64,000 nucleotides of DNA from Alphaproteobacteria bacterium (GTDB lineage Bacteria; Pseudomonadota; Alphaproteobacteria; UBA828): NCBI GenBank assembly GCA_965214705.1, contig CBDCCI010000002.1:1280001-1344000 (forward strand). The letters run 5' to 3'. This document shows, piece by piece, positions 32,122 to 43,737 of the stretch. The notes beneath the pieces are model-generated. The model was given only the letters and a program-made list of their open reading frames with translations. It was not told where the DNA came from and did not search any database. The first letter of the stretch is position 1. Every line of letters starts with the position of its first letter. The position numbers and the translations under genes were made by a program.

Positions 32122-34857
32122 ATGGCGTCGAGGAAGCACAGCCGCAAGGGGCGCAGGCGCAAGCGGCCTGGCAAGGTCACCGCCGTCCAGCAGCTGAATC
32201 AGGCCCGTCGGCGGCTGGCCAGCGGGGACGCCCGCGGCGCCCTCGATCTCCTGAAGCGGGTGCCGGACGGGGAGCACGACCCGGCGGGCAAGGCGTGCCT
32301 GCACTTCTGCGCCTTGACGCAGTGGGCCCGTCAACTGGCGCGGAGAGGTCAGAAGAAGGAGTCGGCCGCCATGCGCGCGCGGGCCGCCGAACAGCGGTCA
32401 TCCATCCCTGCCGGGGCGCTGGGGGAGGAGGATCTGGTGTGCTACCTCCGCCATCTTGATCCTGGCGAGGCGGTCGCAACCTACGCGGCATACCTGAAGG
32501 GGGGATCGCCGATCGCCGGGGCTGAGCGCCTGCTCGCCGACAGGCTGGTGACCCGGCGGTGCTGGGCGAGTCTGGACGCCCTCGATGCGAGCCATGCGCT
32601 TCGCCGCGACGCGGATCACGTCATGCGCGGCCTCGACGCGATGGACGCGGGAGAGTGGGAGCGTGCGGCGGATCTGCTGCGCGGGCTGCACCGGCGCTCG
32701 CCGTTCGCGGCCTGGCGCGTGTTCTGCAAGGCGATGGCGTGTTTCGGTGCCGGCGACGACGAGGGCCTGCGCCGGGCGGCGGACCTTCTGCCCGGGGAGT
32801 TCGCGCTTGCCGGCATCGTCGCCGAGTTGCGGCGGGCTGGCGGGGGCGGGGGCAAGGGCGGCTCGTCCAGGGTTCAGCGGGCCCTGGGGACGGACGGCAC
32901 GACGGTCTCGGAGCTGGGCGCGGAGTTGCGCCAGGCTCTTCGCAGGAACGAGCGCGAGCGGGTCATCGAGCGACTGATGAGCCGCCTGGCCGATGCACTC
33001 AGCCCCGACGATCCCCTGCCGGCGCTTGTCGATCTGGTGCAGATTGCGGGCTTGGCCACCGCGCGCAGCCACCTCTCCATGGGCGCAGTGGAGCGGCTGG
33101 CACAGCACCTTCTGCCGGCCAGGCGGGTTCCGGGCCTGATCGCCAGGATCGGGTTGGTTCTTCAGCAGGCCTCCCTGGGCGCATGGAACCCCGGGGCGGC
33201 GGGATCCCTGCTGGGCCGCCTTCGCGAGGAGTTCCCCCGGTCCGGGGATCATGCTCTGGTTCGGGGCCGCGTATACGAGGCGCTGGCGAGGATCGGACAT
33301 CGGAGCGTGCAGCCGGAGCTGCTGCCGACCCCGAAGGTGCGGGAGCTGATCCTGCTTCTCGATGGGCGGTCCTTCGAGGCCGGGACGGTGTTTGCCGATC
33401 TGATGCAGGAGAGCCTGCTGGCCGATCCCGGCAACCGCGACGGCTATCGCTTCCTGGCGGAGCTGTTGCGGGGCCGCAGGCAGGACAGGAACCGTCTGCG
33501 GCGGGTGCTGGAGGACACGGCGGCCCGATTTCCCGAGGATGCTGAGCCCTGGCTTGAGTTGACCGAGCTTCACTACGCCGGCAATGCGTACCGGCGGGCG
33601 GAGGAGGCTCTTGCCGAGGCCCGGCGGCGCGCTCCGCATGACGAGCGCATCGTTGGCCTGCAGGCCGTGGGCTTCCTCAAGTCATCGGACCAGAGCCGCA
33701 AGAGCGGACGGTTCGAGCTGGCGGCCCGGGATTTGCAGCGGGCCGAGGCGCTGGGGGGCTCCCGGCTGACAGACATCGTGCCGGTGAAGAGGCTTCTGCT
33801 GGACCTGGTGTCGTCGGGCGGGGATGCCGCCGCGGTCGTGGCTCCCCGTCTTTCCGCCCTGCCTCCTGCTGGGCAGATCAGGACTCTGGCGCTGTTGCTT
33901 CACGAGCTGGAAGCGAACAGCACCGTCAAGAACGTCACGCCCGAGATGACGCATGCCGTGCTAGGTCTTCTGGCTCTCAGGGCGCCCATGATCGATGACA
34001 TCGATGCGGAGGAGGCGGTCGGTCTTCTCGCTCCGCTTCCTGCGGATTTTGGGATCCTATACGGGCGTCTCCATGTCGCCCCGGTCCTGGCCGACTGGTG
34101 GAGCGCGATCATGCGCGGCCAGCGGGACGACGGCCTGCTGGATGTCTTCGACATCCTGATGGACTGCGGCGACCGGGCTGCTGTGCGGGCCGAGATCGGG
34201 CTTCGCCTGGCCGGAACGAGCAAGGCGGAGCGGGATCCGTTGCTGCTCCTGTACCTTGCGGCGATCCGCTACCAGGAAGGTGACGACGACGATTCCAGGC
34301 GCTTCGTTGAGGCGCTGCAATCGGCAGCCCCGACCGAGCGCGAGCGGCTCCGGGCGGGAGCCGGGCGGCTTGCCCGGGTCACCGCGGGCATCCTGCGCGA
34401 GGCGCTTCACACATTCGACTTCGGGCTTCTGGACCCGCCCGAGCCGCTGTTCGGCGGGGACGATCCGGGACCGCTCTCGAACCTGCTGGGCGATATGCTG
34501 GGACCCGAGGAAGAGCCGTCCGGCGAAGAGCCGTCTCTCGACGCGTTCCTGGATGCGCTGCGAGTCGGCCTGCAGGCGGGATTGCCGGGCCAGCCCTGCC
34601 AGACCTCGTTGTTCGACGACGACGAGGCGTCACGCGAGCTGGAGACGCTGGAAGGCTTGATCGACCGGCACTGGCTGCGCGGGGTTCCCTCTCCGCTGCT
34701 GAGGGAGGTGGCGGAGGTGGCCAGGGCGGAGCCTGAGATTCGGCACAACCTGGACCGCAGCGCCCGCACGTGCGAGGAGGCGGGGCTTCGCGGCGGGCTG
34801 AGCCGGGAGGCGCGCATCTTCCTCTTTCCCCGCAAGCAGGGTCGCCGGAGGGCGTAG
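32122..34857 (+). CDS. large helical/TPR-like hypothetical protein (first gene of Hsp70 cassette)
   Basis: Basic N-terminus MASRKHSRKGRRRK; TPR-like segments (RFPEDAEPWLELTELHYAGNAYRRAEEALAEARRRAPHD); acidic C-terminal linker. Confidence 0.8.
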   Translation: MASRKHSRKGRRRKRPGKVTAVQQLNQARRRLASGDARGALDLLKRVPDGEHDPAGKACLHFCALTQWARQLARRGQKKESAAMRARAAEQRSSIPAGALGEEDLVCYLRHLDPGEAVATYAAYLKGGSPIAGAERLLADRLVTRRCWASLDALDASHALRRDADHVMRGLDAMDAGEWERAADLLRGLHRRSPFAAWRVFCKAMACFGAGDDEGLRRAADLLPGEFALAGIVAELRRAGGGGGKGGSSRVQRALGTDGTTVSELGAELRQALRRNERERVIERLMSRLADALSPDDPLPALVDLVQIAGLATARSHLSMGAVERLAQHLLPARRVPGLIARIGLVLQQASLGAWNPGAAGSLLGRLREEFPRSGDHALVRGRVYEALARIGHRSVQPELLPTPKVRELILLLDGRSFEAGTVFADLMQESLLADPGNRDGYRFLAELLRGRRQDRNRLRRVLEDTAARFPEDAEPWLELTELHYAGNAYRRAEEALAEARRRAPHDERIVGLQAVGFLKSSDQSRKSGRFELAARDLQRAEALGGSRLTDIVPVKRLLLDLVSSGGDAAAVVAPRLSALPPAGQIRTLALLLHELEANSTVKNVTPEMTHAVLGLLALRAPMIDDIDAEEAVGLLAPLPADFGILYGRLHVAPVLADWWSAIMRGQRDDGLLDVFDILMDCGDRAAVRAEIGLRLAGTSKAERDPLLLLYLAAIRYQEGDDDDSRRFVEALQSAAPTERERLRAGAGRLARVTAGILREALHTFDFGLLDPPEPLFGGDDPGPLSNLLGDMLGPEEEPSGEEPSLDAFLDALRVGLQAGLPGQPCQTSLFDDDEASRELETLEGLIDRHWLRGVPSPLLREVAEVARAEPEIRHNLDRSARTCEEAGLRGGLSREARIFLFPRKQGRRRA

Positions 34858-34860
34858 GCG

Positions 34861-35166
34861 ATGCTGGCTCACTATCTTGCTCTGGGGCTTTCCTCCTCCG
34901 CCTCGCGGGAGGAGGTTCGCCGGCGCTACCTCGAGCTGATCCGGGCGCATCCGCCGAGCCGGGAGCCGGCGTACAGCGAGCGGATCGTGGCCGCCTACGA
35001 AGCCCTGAAGGACGATCGCTCGCGCGTGGAGACGGCGATGTTCGGGATGTCCCGGCACGGCGATTTCGAGCTGGCTCTGGACGCGCTGGTGCAGGCGCGG
35101 CCACGCGGGCGTGCCACCCCGGGCCTGCAGGCGCTGATTGCGGCGGAAGGCGCAGAGGATGAGTGA
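34861..35166 (+). CDS. J-domain-like protein (HPP variant)
   Basis: HYLALGL..SAS.EEVRRRY.ELIR.HPP....I.AAYE.L.D. Confidence 0.85.
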   Translation: MLAHYLALGLSSSASREEVRRRYLELIRAHPPSREPAYSERIVAAYEALKDDRSRVETAMFGMSRHGDFELALDALVQARPRGRATPGLQALIAAEGAEDE

Positions 35167-35826
35167 GCCTGACAACGACTGGAAGCGCCGCGCCCTGGAG
35201 GATTTCGGGCACTGGCTCGACGAACTGGAGGAGGAGGACAGCGGCGACGGCGGGACCGGTATAGCGCCGGAGCCAGATCTGCGCGAATTGTTCGCCGAGC
35301 TTGCGGCGCTGCGCCAGGAGGTCCGGCTGCAAAACCGCGAGCAGTCGAAGGCGGGCCGGGAGCTTGCCCAGGCGGCGGCACGCTACGACGGCGCTGCGGC
35401 GTTGATGAAGCGCCGCGAGGACGACCTGGCGGCATTCGAGACGCGGGTCTCGCGCGAGGCCGAGAACCGCTGCCTGCGCTCTGCTCTCGAGGTGCGCAAC
35501 GCCCTGGTCCGGGGCTTGGAGGCAGCGACGGTGCTGCGCGAACGCCCCGGCTTGTTCCGCCGCCCGCCGCGGGGTATCCGCGGCGTCGCCGAGGGCTACG
35601 AGATCGCACTCAGGCGTTTCGACCGGATGCTGTCCGGGTTCGGGGTCGAGCGCCTGCGGACCGCAGGCCAGCCGTTCGATGCGCGCACCATGCACGCGGC
35701 GGAGGTCCGCCGGGTCGCGGGGGTCGGGAGCGGCATGGTGGTCGAGGAGCTGCTCAGCGGCTACACCCGGGGCGGCGACATTCTGCGCCTCGCCGAGGTG
35801 GCCGTGAACCGCAACGAGAGGCAGGA

Positions 35827-35830
<4 letters not shown>
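35159..35830 (+). CDS. grpE: GrpE-family nucleotide exchange factor
   Basis: Coiled-coil N-terminus; G.PFD...MHA...G.VVEE...GY..G..ILRLAEVAV C-terminus. Confidence 0.85.
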
Positions 35831-37605
<1,775 letters not shown>

Positions 37606-37892
37606 GCCGGTGCTCAACTGCCCGACCTGCGGCGCCAGGGGGATCGAGGGCCCATCTTGCCACCGCTGCCGGACCGACCTGCGCCAGGTGCTGGCCGTCG
37701 AGCAGGCCGCTGCACAGTGCCGGCGCCGCGCGGCGGCCGCCCTCGCAAGCGGCTGCGTCGACCGGGCGCGCGCCCTTGCGGACAGGGCCTGCGCACTCCA
37801 CCGTAAGCGGTATCGGGCCCCCATACTTCCAGCGGATCTGATTTCGGGGCTGACTCTCCGCCTTGACCACGAGCCACACAGGAGAGATCGCG

Positions 37893-38318
37893 ATGACAGA
37901 TTCGATTTTGGCATCTGGCGACGGTGTCGCTGTTGCTTCGGTTGAGATCCCAGCTTCTGAGGGAGCCGCCCCGGCTCCGTCTGAGCCGGCCCCCATGCGA
38001 CGCTGGCCGGACGATGAGAAGGCGCGGATTGTCTCGGAGAGCTTTGAGCCGGGCTCTTCGGTTGCGGCGGTCGCGCGCCGCCATGGCGTCAGCGATACGA
38101 CCCTGACCAAGTGGCGGCGGCGCGCGCGGGAGGGAACTCTTCCGGGCGCTCGGATTGGTGGCTCTGCACCGCCATTTGTTCCCGTGGTGGTTGATAGCGT
38201 GACGTCCGAGCGGACGGTGGCGATCGAGGCGCTAGGCGTGGTCGTTCGCCTTCCGGTGGAGAGCGCGGTCGATCGGATTGTTGCGGTGGCCTCGGGCCTG
38301 GGCCGGGCGTCGTCATGA
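37893..38318 (+). CDS. tnpA: IS66 accessory protein TnpA
   Basis: RRWPDDEKARIVSES..PGSSVAAVARRHGV....L.KWRR. Confidence 0.9.
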   Translation: MTDSILASGDGVAVASVEIPASEGAAPAPSEPAPMRRWPDDEKARIVSESFEPGSSVAAVARRHGVSDTTLTKWRRRAREGTLPGARIGGSAPPFVPVVVDSVTSERTVAIEALGVVVRLPVESAVDRIVAVASGLGRASS

Positions 38319-38665
38319 TCGCGGCCCCCTCGCTTCGCATCGTGTTGGCGACGCGGCCGGTTGATTTTCGTCGCGGCCACGACGCGCTTGCGGCGACGGC
38401 GGCGGGGGAGCTGGACCTCGATATCTATTCCGGGGTGATCGTGATCTTCCGCTCGCGCCGCGGCGACAGGCTCAAGCTCCTTGCGTGGGACGGCAGCGGT
38501 CTGGTGATGACCTACAAGCGTCTGGAGCAGGGCCGCTTCGCCTGGCCTCGGATCGAGGATGGTGTGATGCGCCTTACGAAGGGCCAGTTCGAGGCCCTCT
38601 TCGAGGGTCTGGACTGGCGCCGGGTGAAGGCCCGCCCGGTTCGCCGCCCGCTGGCGGCGGAGTGA
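38315..38665 (+). CDS. tnpB: IS66 accessory protein TnpB
   Basis: PVDFRRGHD.L, FRSRRGDRLKLL.WDGSGL....KRLE.G.F.WP. Confidence 0.95.
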   Translation: MIAAPSLRIVLATRPVDFRRGHDALAATAAGELDLDIYSGVIVIFRSRRGDRLKLLAWDGSGLVMTYKRLEQGRFAWPRIEDGVMRLTKGQFEALFEGLDWRRVKARPVRRPLAAE

Positions 38666-38758
38666 GGCGGCACGCAGGCGGGGCCGCAGATTTCGGTCGC
38701 GGTCCCGCCTGCACTTTTCCCTGGTCATGCATTGGCGAATCGGATTAAGGGGTGGCCC

Positions 38759-40474
38759 ATGCCGAAGGTCACGCCCTCACCCCTCAGCAGCGCCGGTTCG
38801 CCGTCGCCTGCGGTGGTTTCGGCGGCGCTGGCGGCCCTGCATGCGGAGCTTGACGACGAGCGCGCGGCGCGCCGGGCGACGGAAGCAGCCCTATGCGAAG
38901 CGGAGCAGGCACGCGGCGCGGCGGAGGCGGCGAGGCAGACGGCGGAAGCGCGGGCGGCACGGCTGGAGGCCGAGAACGCGCAGAGCGCGGAGCAGATCAG
39001 CCGGCTTGAGCATCTCAACAAGGAGCTCAGGAAGGCGCTGTTCGGTCCGCGCTCCGAGAAGCTCGGCGAGGACGAGCGCCAGCTTACGTTCGAGGAGTTT
39101 TGGGCGGCGATCGCTGAAGCCGGCGGTCGGCCCGAGGCAGATGACCAGGAGCAGGACGAGGGGGCTGGCGGCAAGCGCCGGCGGCGCTCTTCCCGGGGGT
39201 CGCGCAGCGGGGTGCGCTTCGGGCCCCAGGTCGACCGGCGCGAGGAGGTGATCGAGCCGGACACGATCATGTGCCCCTGCGGCTGCGGCGAGATGACGAA
39301 GATCGGCGAGGACCGCAGCGAGCGGCTGGACTATGAGCCGGCGAAGTTCACCGTCATCGAGACCGTGCGCCCCCGCTACGCCTGCAACAAGTGCAAGGGG
39401 GGCGGGGTGGTGCAGTCGCCGGCGCCGGCCGCTCTGGTCGAGGGCGGCCTTCCCACCGAGGCTCTTCTGGCGCAGGTGCTGATCGCGAAGTACGGCGATC
39501 ATTGCCCGCTCTATCGCCAGTCGCAGATCTACGAGCGCTCGGGGATCGAGGTTCACCGTGCGACGCTGGCGACGTGGGTGGGCCAGGCGTCGTTTCACCT
39601 GCGCCCCGTGGTCGCTTGCCTGGAGGATGAGCTGAAGAAGTCGGATCACCTGGGTCTGGACGAGACCACGATCCGCGTTCTCGACCCGGGCCGGGGCAAG
39701 ACGAAGACGGGCTACATGTGGACCCTTGTGCGTGACGAGCGCCACTGGAGCGGCACGGACCCGCCGGGCGTCGTCTATCGCTATGCGCCCGGCCGCGGCG
39801 GCAAGTATGGCGCCGAGCTTATGGAGGGCTTTTCGGGGACGGTGCAGCTCGACGGCTACTCGGGCCACAACATCCTGGCGCGGCCGTACCGGGCGGAAGG
39901 CCCTGTGACGCGGGCCCTCTGTTGGGCGCATGTAAGACGGAAGCTGAAAGAGGTATACGACTCGAGCGCATCGCCGATCGCGCTGGCCGGTCTGAATCGG
40001 ATCGCGAAGCTCTATGCGATCGAGAAGAAGATCCGGGGCAAGCCGCCGGCGGAGCGCCGCGCGATCCGTTGGGAGGAGTCGGCGCCGATCGTGAACACCT
40101 TCGGTGTCTGGCTCGACGAGCAGCGCTCGCGCGTCTCACCGCGCTCGCGTCTCGGCGAGAAGCTGACCTATATCGCCAACCAGTGGGACGGGCTGCTGGA
40201 GTTCCTGCACGACGGTCGTGTCGAGATCGACTCGAACCTGGTGGAAAACCGAATCCGGCCGCTGAAGCTCACCGCCAAGAACGCGCTCTTCGCCGGCAAC
40301 GACGAGGGTGCGCAAGCCTGGGCCCGCATCGCCTCGCTGATCGAGACCTGCAAGATGAACGGCGTCGAGCCCTACGCCTGGATGCGGAGCACGCTCGAGA
40401 AGATCGCCAAGGGCCACCCGCAGTCGGGCATCCAGGAGCTTCTGCCGTGGAACTTCCAGCCCGAGGCAAAATGA
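38759..40474 (+). CDS. tnpC: IS66 DDE transposase TnpC
   Basis: LFGPRSEKL, CPCGC..IGED.SE.L, KYGDH.PLYRQ, DETT, DGYSG, CWAH.RRK, IDSN.VEN.IRP; start approximate. Confidence 0.95.
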   Translation: MPKVTPSPLSSAGSPSPAVVSAALAALHAELDDERAARRATEAALCEAEQARGAAEAARQTAEARAARLEAENAQSAEQISRLEHLNKELRKALFGPRSEKLGEDERQLTFEEFWAAIAEAGGRPEADDQEQDEGAGGKRRRRSSRGSRSGVRFGPQVDRREEVIEPDTIMCPCGCGEMTKIGEDRSERLDYEPAKFTVIETVRPRYACNKCKGGGVVQSPAPAALVEGGLPTEALLAQVLIAKYGDHCPLYRQSQIYERSGIEVHRATLATWVGQASFHLRPVVACLEDELKKSDHLGLDETTIRVLDPGRGKTKTGYMWTLVRDERHWSGTDPPGVVYRYAPGRGGKYGAELMEGFSGTVQLDGYSGHNILARPYRAEGPVTRALCWAHVRRKLKEVYDSSASPIALAGLNRIAKLYAIEKKIRGKPPAERRAIRWEESAPIVNTFGVWLDEQRSRVSPRSRLGEKLTYIANQWDGLLEFLHDGRVEIDSNLVENRIRPLKLTAKNALFAGNDEGAQAWARIASLIETCKMNGVEPYAWMRSTLEKIAKGHPQSGIQELLPWNFQPEAK

Positions 40475-41028
40475 CTCGCGCGCTCACGGCGCTCCTCAAG
40501 AAATCCCCGTCGTAGTCAAGCCAGATTCCGGTATGGGGTCTGCGTACCGCTTACACTCCACCGCTGCCATGCGTCCGTTTCCGTGCGCGCCGCGGTCGCG
40601 CTCGTCGATGGCGAGTTTGACCTGGCCCTCCGTCTGTGGCGGGAGGTCCGAAGCGGGCCGCCGGACAACCCCGCTCCGGCGAACGCACGCGCTTCTATCG
40701 CTCCCTCGCCCGCCGTTCCACGAAACTGAGTGCCGCGCAGGCGATGAGTCCGGAGCGGGATACCCCCTCCCGCAATGCGGCTTCGTCAATGATCGCAAGC
40801 AGGCGCGATGGCACCGAGAGCTGCCCAGCGCGTGGGACGGCTCACCGATCCCTTGCTCCGAAGGGCGTATACGAGAGGCGATCGTGCACTCGGCCGCGAG
40901 AGGGCATCCTCCCGGAGACCGGCGTCGCGGAGTTGGCCGGCGTGACCGGCAGGGCCGGACCACGACGACCCAGGATCGAGTTGCGAGGGAGAGCGCTGGG
41001 CGAAAACTAATTGCTTGCCGGCCGCGTC

Positions 41029-42318
41029 TCAGCCAGACCCGGCGCCGACTGAAATCCCATCCTGTTCGGCGGTGCCCTCCGGCGCTTGGCTCATCAGTGC
41101 CTCTATCCGATCGGCAACCCTTTGAGCCGGCTCTCGGAGCTGGGCGATCGTCCAGTCCGCAGCGTAACCCTCCGTCACGTCGTTGGGTCTGGCGTGGTTC
41201 ACAAGGCGCTTGGTCAACGGCGAGGGAAGCATCAAGTCCCGTTCGGCCACCGTGATGAAGCAGTTGCGGAACGCATGGAACCAGAACTTCGCACCGCCCG
41301 TCTTCGTGATGCGCGGGTAAAGATAGTGCGGGTCCTCGACATGCCCGGACTTGCTGGCCGGAGAAGGGAATACCCAGTCCCGCACGGTGACCGGCATCGC
41401 CGACCTCGCCGCCCGACGCCTCTCAAGGATAAGTTCCAGTTGTCGGGTGATCGGAAGCTCAAGAGGGACTCGGGTCTTGGTCTGCTCGACGCGGAAGGTG
41501 AGCGACGCCATGTCTACTCGCTCCCAGCGTAGTGTCAGGACTTCTCTCAGCCGCATGCCGGTGTAAAGCCCGAACCACAGCGCGTCACTCATGGCCGGCA
41601 TCTTGACCTCGGCCTCGATGCCGGTTCGCCAACAGGGCAGCACCTCGGCGGGCGTGGAGATCTTGCGTCGCGTCTTGCGATGGAACTTCCCGCCTGCGGC
41701 GAGCCAGAGGTCGACCGGGTTGCGCAGACCTTCGAGATCGACGCACGGACGGCGGAAGACGGAACGCAGCAGAGACATCGCGTGGTTGGCCGGTGACCAG
41801 CCGTGGTCCACGGTAATGCGGTTGAAGCGCGCCTCCACCTCGCGCCGTGTGATGGAATCGAGTGGGCGGATGAGCCAGTCACCGAGATAGCGCTCGGCCT
41901 CGTAGCGGTAGAGCTTGTTGGTGTTCTCGGAGCGGTTGGGATTGGCAGCCAGGTAGTCCTTGAGCGCATCCGCCAGGGTCGGCATCCCTCGCGCCTGCGA
42001 ACGTTCCTCAGCCGGGTCCTCGCCGCTGGCTACTTTGCCGAGGGTGGTCTGGGCAAGGCGCCTGGCCTGACCGGGCGCGATCTTGCCATATCGACCGAGC
42101 ACGACCTGCTTGTTCGGCGCCTTCCTGCCGCCGTCACCCGCACGGTAGTTGACGATGAAGGACTTGGCGCCGGTGGGGTGCACCCTGACGCCGAAGCCGG
42201 TGAGCCTGTCATCCCACGCGATCCAGGGCTTGTCGCCGGGCTTGAGGGCATCGACGGCACGCTTGTTGATGGTAATCTTGGTCTTGGCGACACGTTTTCC
42301 GGGCTTCGTCGTCTTCAT
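41029..42318 (-). CDS. tyrosine recombinase/integrase with N-terminal arm-binding domain
   Basis: WDDRLTGFGVRV..G.KSF arm domain; catalytic R (TGMR), K (TKT), HxxR (FHAFR), H (VNH), Y (VTEGY). Confidence 0.95.
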   Translation of the reverse strand: MKTTKPGKRVAKTKITINKRAVDALKPGDKPWIAWDDRLTGFGVRVHPTGAKSFIVNYRAGDGGRKAPNKQVVLGRYGKIAPGQARRLAQTTLGKVASGEDPAEERSQARGMPTLADALKDYLAANPNRSENTNKLYRYEAERYLGDWLIRPLDSITRREVEARFNRITVDHGWSPANHAMSLLRSVFRRPCVDLEGLRNPVDLWLAAGGKFHRKTRRKISTPAEVLPCWRTGIEAEVKMPAMSDALWFGLYTGMRLREVLTLRWERVDMASLTFRVEQTKTRVPLELPITRQLELILERRRAARSAMPVTVRDWVFPSPASKSGHVEDPHYLYPRITKTGGAKFWFHAFRNCFITVAERDLMLPSPLTKRLVNHARPNDVTEGYAADWTIAQLREPAQRVADRIEALMSQAPEGTAEQDGISVGAGSG

Positions 42319-42339
42319 GGGGACATTGGACCATAGGGC

Positions 42340-42510
42340 TGTCGAGCTGTCAACACACTGCCCAACACGTGAAAGGGACTGAAAGTCATCTCATGTCGCC
42401 TCGCAAAGGGAGAATGCTTCGCGCAATTCCAGCAAACCATTGCAAATATTCGTATAATGTCCTTCTATGTCCTCTCATGCGCGCTTAACGATACATATAC
42501 TCGTAAGTCT
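42340..42510. other. probable att junction of the integrative element
   Basis: AT-rich stretch upstream of the integrase with short direct repeats (CAACAC x2, ATGTCCT x2). GC content and gene content switch abruptly after ~42510. Confidence 0.45.
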
Positions 42511-42597
42511 ACGCGCCTTCGGCGCGGCGCGCGGTCGCGCGCTCCGGCCCGCTGCGCGGACCGGCCTCTCTCGCCCCCTGTCGTGGGAGGAGGTGCG

Positions 42598-43629
42598 TCA
42601 GGTGACGGGTTTCCAGTCCCCGGCCGGCTTGAGCTTCTTGGCTTCTGGGATGACCTCGGCGCCGAAGCGCTCGATCTGGTCGAGCTGCTCGGAAAGTTCG
42701 CCCGAAGGGCACTCCAGCATGCAGACCGCCATCGAGAAGCCGGCGTCGGCCAGCGCCGCGAGATCCTCGACGATCTGCTCGCCGGTGCCGGTACAGGTTT
42801 GGCGCGGATTGGCCTGAGAAGCCGGGTCGCTGGCATCGGTGATGCGCGCGGTCGCGGCGCACAGCATCAGGAAGTCGGACGGGCTGCGGCCTTGCGCCTC
42901 AAGCTCGCGGCGTACCTCGTCCTGGAGGCCGGTGTAGCGGTCGGCTTGTGTGTAAGAATCGAGGAAGAGCGGATAGAGGCCGTCGCAGAAGCGTGCGGCA
43001 CGCCGTGCGCCCCTGATCGTGTTGCCGCCGAAGACGATCGGCGGGTGCGGGTTCTGCTGGACAGGCTTCGGGTCCTGGGAAACGTCTTTGAAGCTGTAGT
43101 AGTTGCCTTCGAAGGTGGCGAGGTCGCCGGTCCACGAGGCCTTGTAGATCTGGATGCACTCCTCGGTGCGCCGGTTGCGCTCCTCGTAGTCGATGCCGAC
43201 CGCGTCGAACTCCTCGACCATCCAGCCGACCCCGACGCCCAGCATGAGCCGGCCGCCCGAGAGCTGGTCCACGGTCATAAACTGGCGCGCGTCCGAGAGG
43301 GGATGGCGATAGGGCGCGATGAGCACGCTGGTCGCGAGCTTGAGGGTCGTGGTCTGCACCGCGACAGCGCCCATGACGACGGCGGCGTCCAGCATGTTGT
43401 GGCGGCGCTGATAGGCGCGCTGACCGGAGACGTTCGCGGTGTGGTGGCTCTCGGAATCGTAGGGCATGCAGACATGGTCGGGATACCAGATCGAGTGGAT
43501 GCCCGCGCGCTCGGCGGTCTGAGCGACCCGGATCGGGTCCATCTGCTCCGCCGGCGTGTGGTGAAGGAACATGTTGACGTCGTCCCGATAGGACTGGCCG
43601 TGGGTGTTTCCGTAAAGCCCGACTTCCAT
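42598..43629 (-). CDS. LLM-class (luciferase-like, putative F420-dependent) oxidoreductase
   Basis: AERAGIHSIWYPDHV, KLATSVLIAPYRHP, DQLSGGRLMLGVGVGW..EEF, PKPVQ..HPPI.FGG. Confidence 0.9.
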   Translation of the reverse strand: MEVGLYGNTHGQSYRDDVNMFLHHTPAEQMDPIRVAQTAERAGIHSIWYPDHVCMPYDSESHHTANVSGQRAYQRRHNMLDAAVVMGAVAVQTTTLKLATSVLIAPYRHPLSDARQFMTVDQLSGGRLMLGVGVGWMVEEFDAVGIDYEERNRRTEECIQIYKASWTGDLATFEGNYYSFKDVSQDPKPVQQNPHPPIVFGGNTIRGARRAARFCDGLYPLFLDSYTQADRYTGLQDEVRRELEAQGRSPSDFLMLCAATARITDASDPASQANPRQTCTGTGEQIVEDLAALADAGFSMAVCMLECPSGELSEQLDQIERFGAEVIPEAKKLKPAGDWKPVT

Positions 43630-43737
43630 GATGCATTCCCTTTCGTTCGCCCGGTTGCTGGCGCGGCGCGATTATGCCGCTGTCATATCGCTCCCGCTAC
43701 CGCGCCGGGGCGGCGACAAAACACCGCTTGCTCGGGA

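Larger units (their letters stand above)
37803..40554 (+). mobile_element. IS66-family insertion sequence, complete (2752 bp)
   Basis: Imperfect 24-bp IRs GTAAGCGGTA...CCCCATAC; 8-bp TSD ACTCCACC at 37795-37802 and 40555-40562; tnpA-tnpB-tnpC order. Confidence 0.95.
37610..40729 (+). pseudogene. small Zn-ribbon/TPR-like gene (119 aa) split by IS66
   Basis: Removing the IS and one TSD gives MLNCPTCGARGIEGPSCHRCRTDL...RACALHRCHASVSVRAAVALVDGEFDLALRLWREV...PRN*. Confidence 0.75.

Noticed and set aside
42340-42600. tRNA/tmRNA at the integration site
   Set aside because: No T-arm (GTTCGA) or acceptor-stem/CCA pattern is visible.
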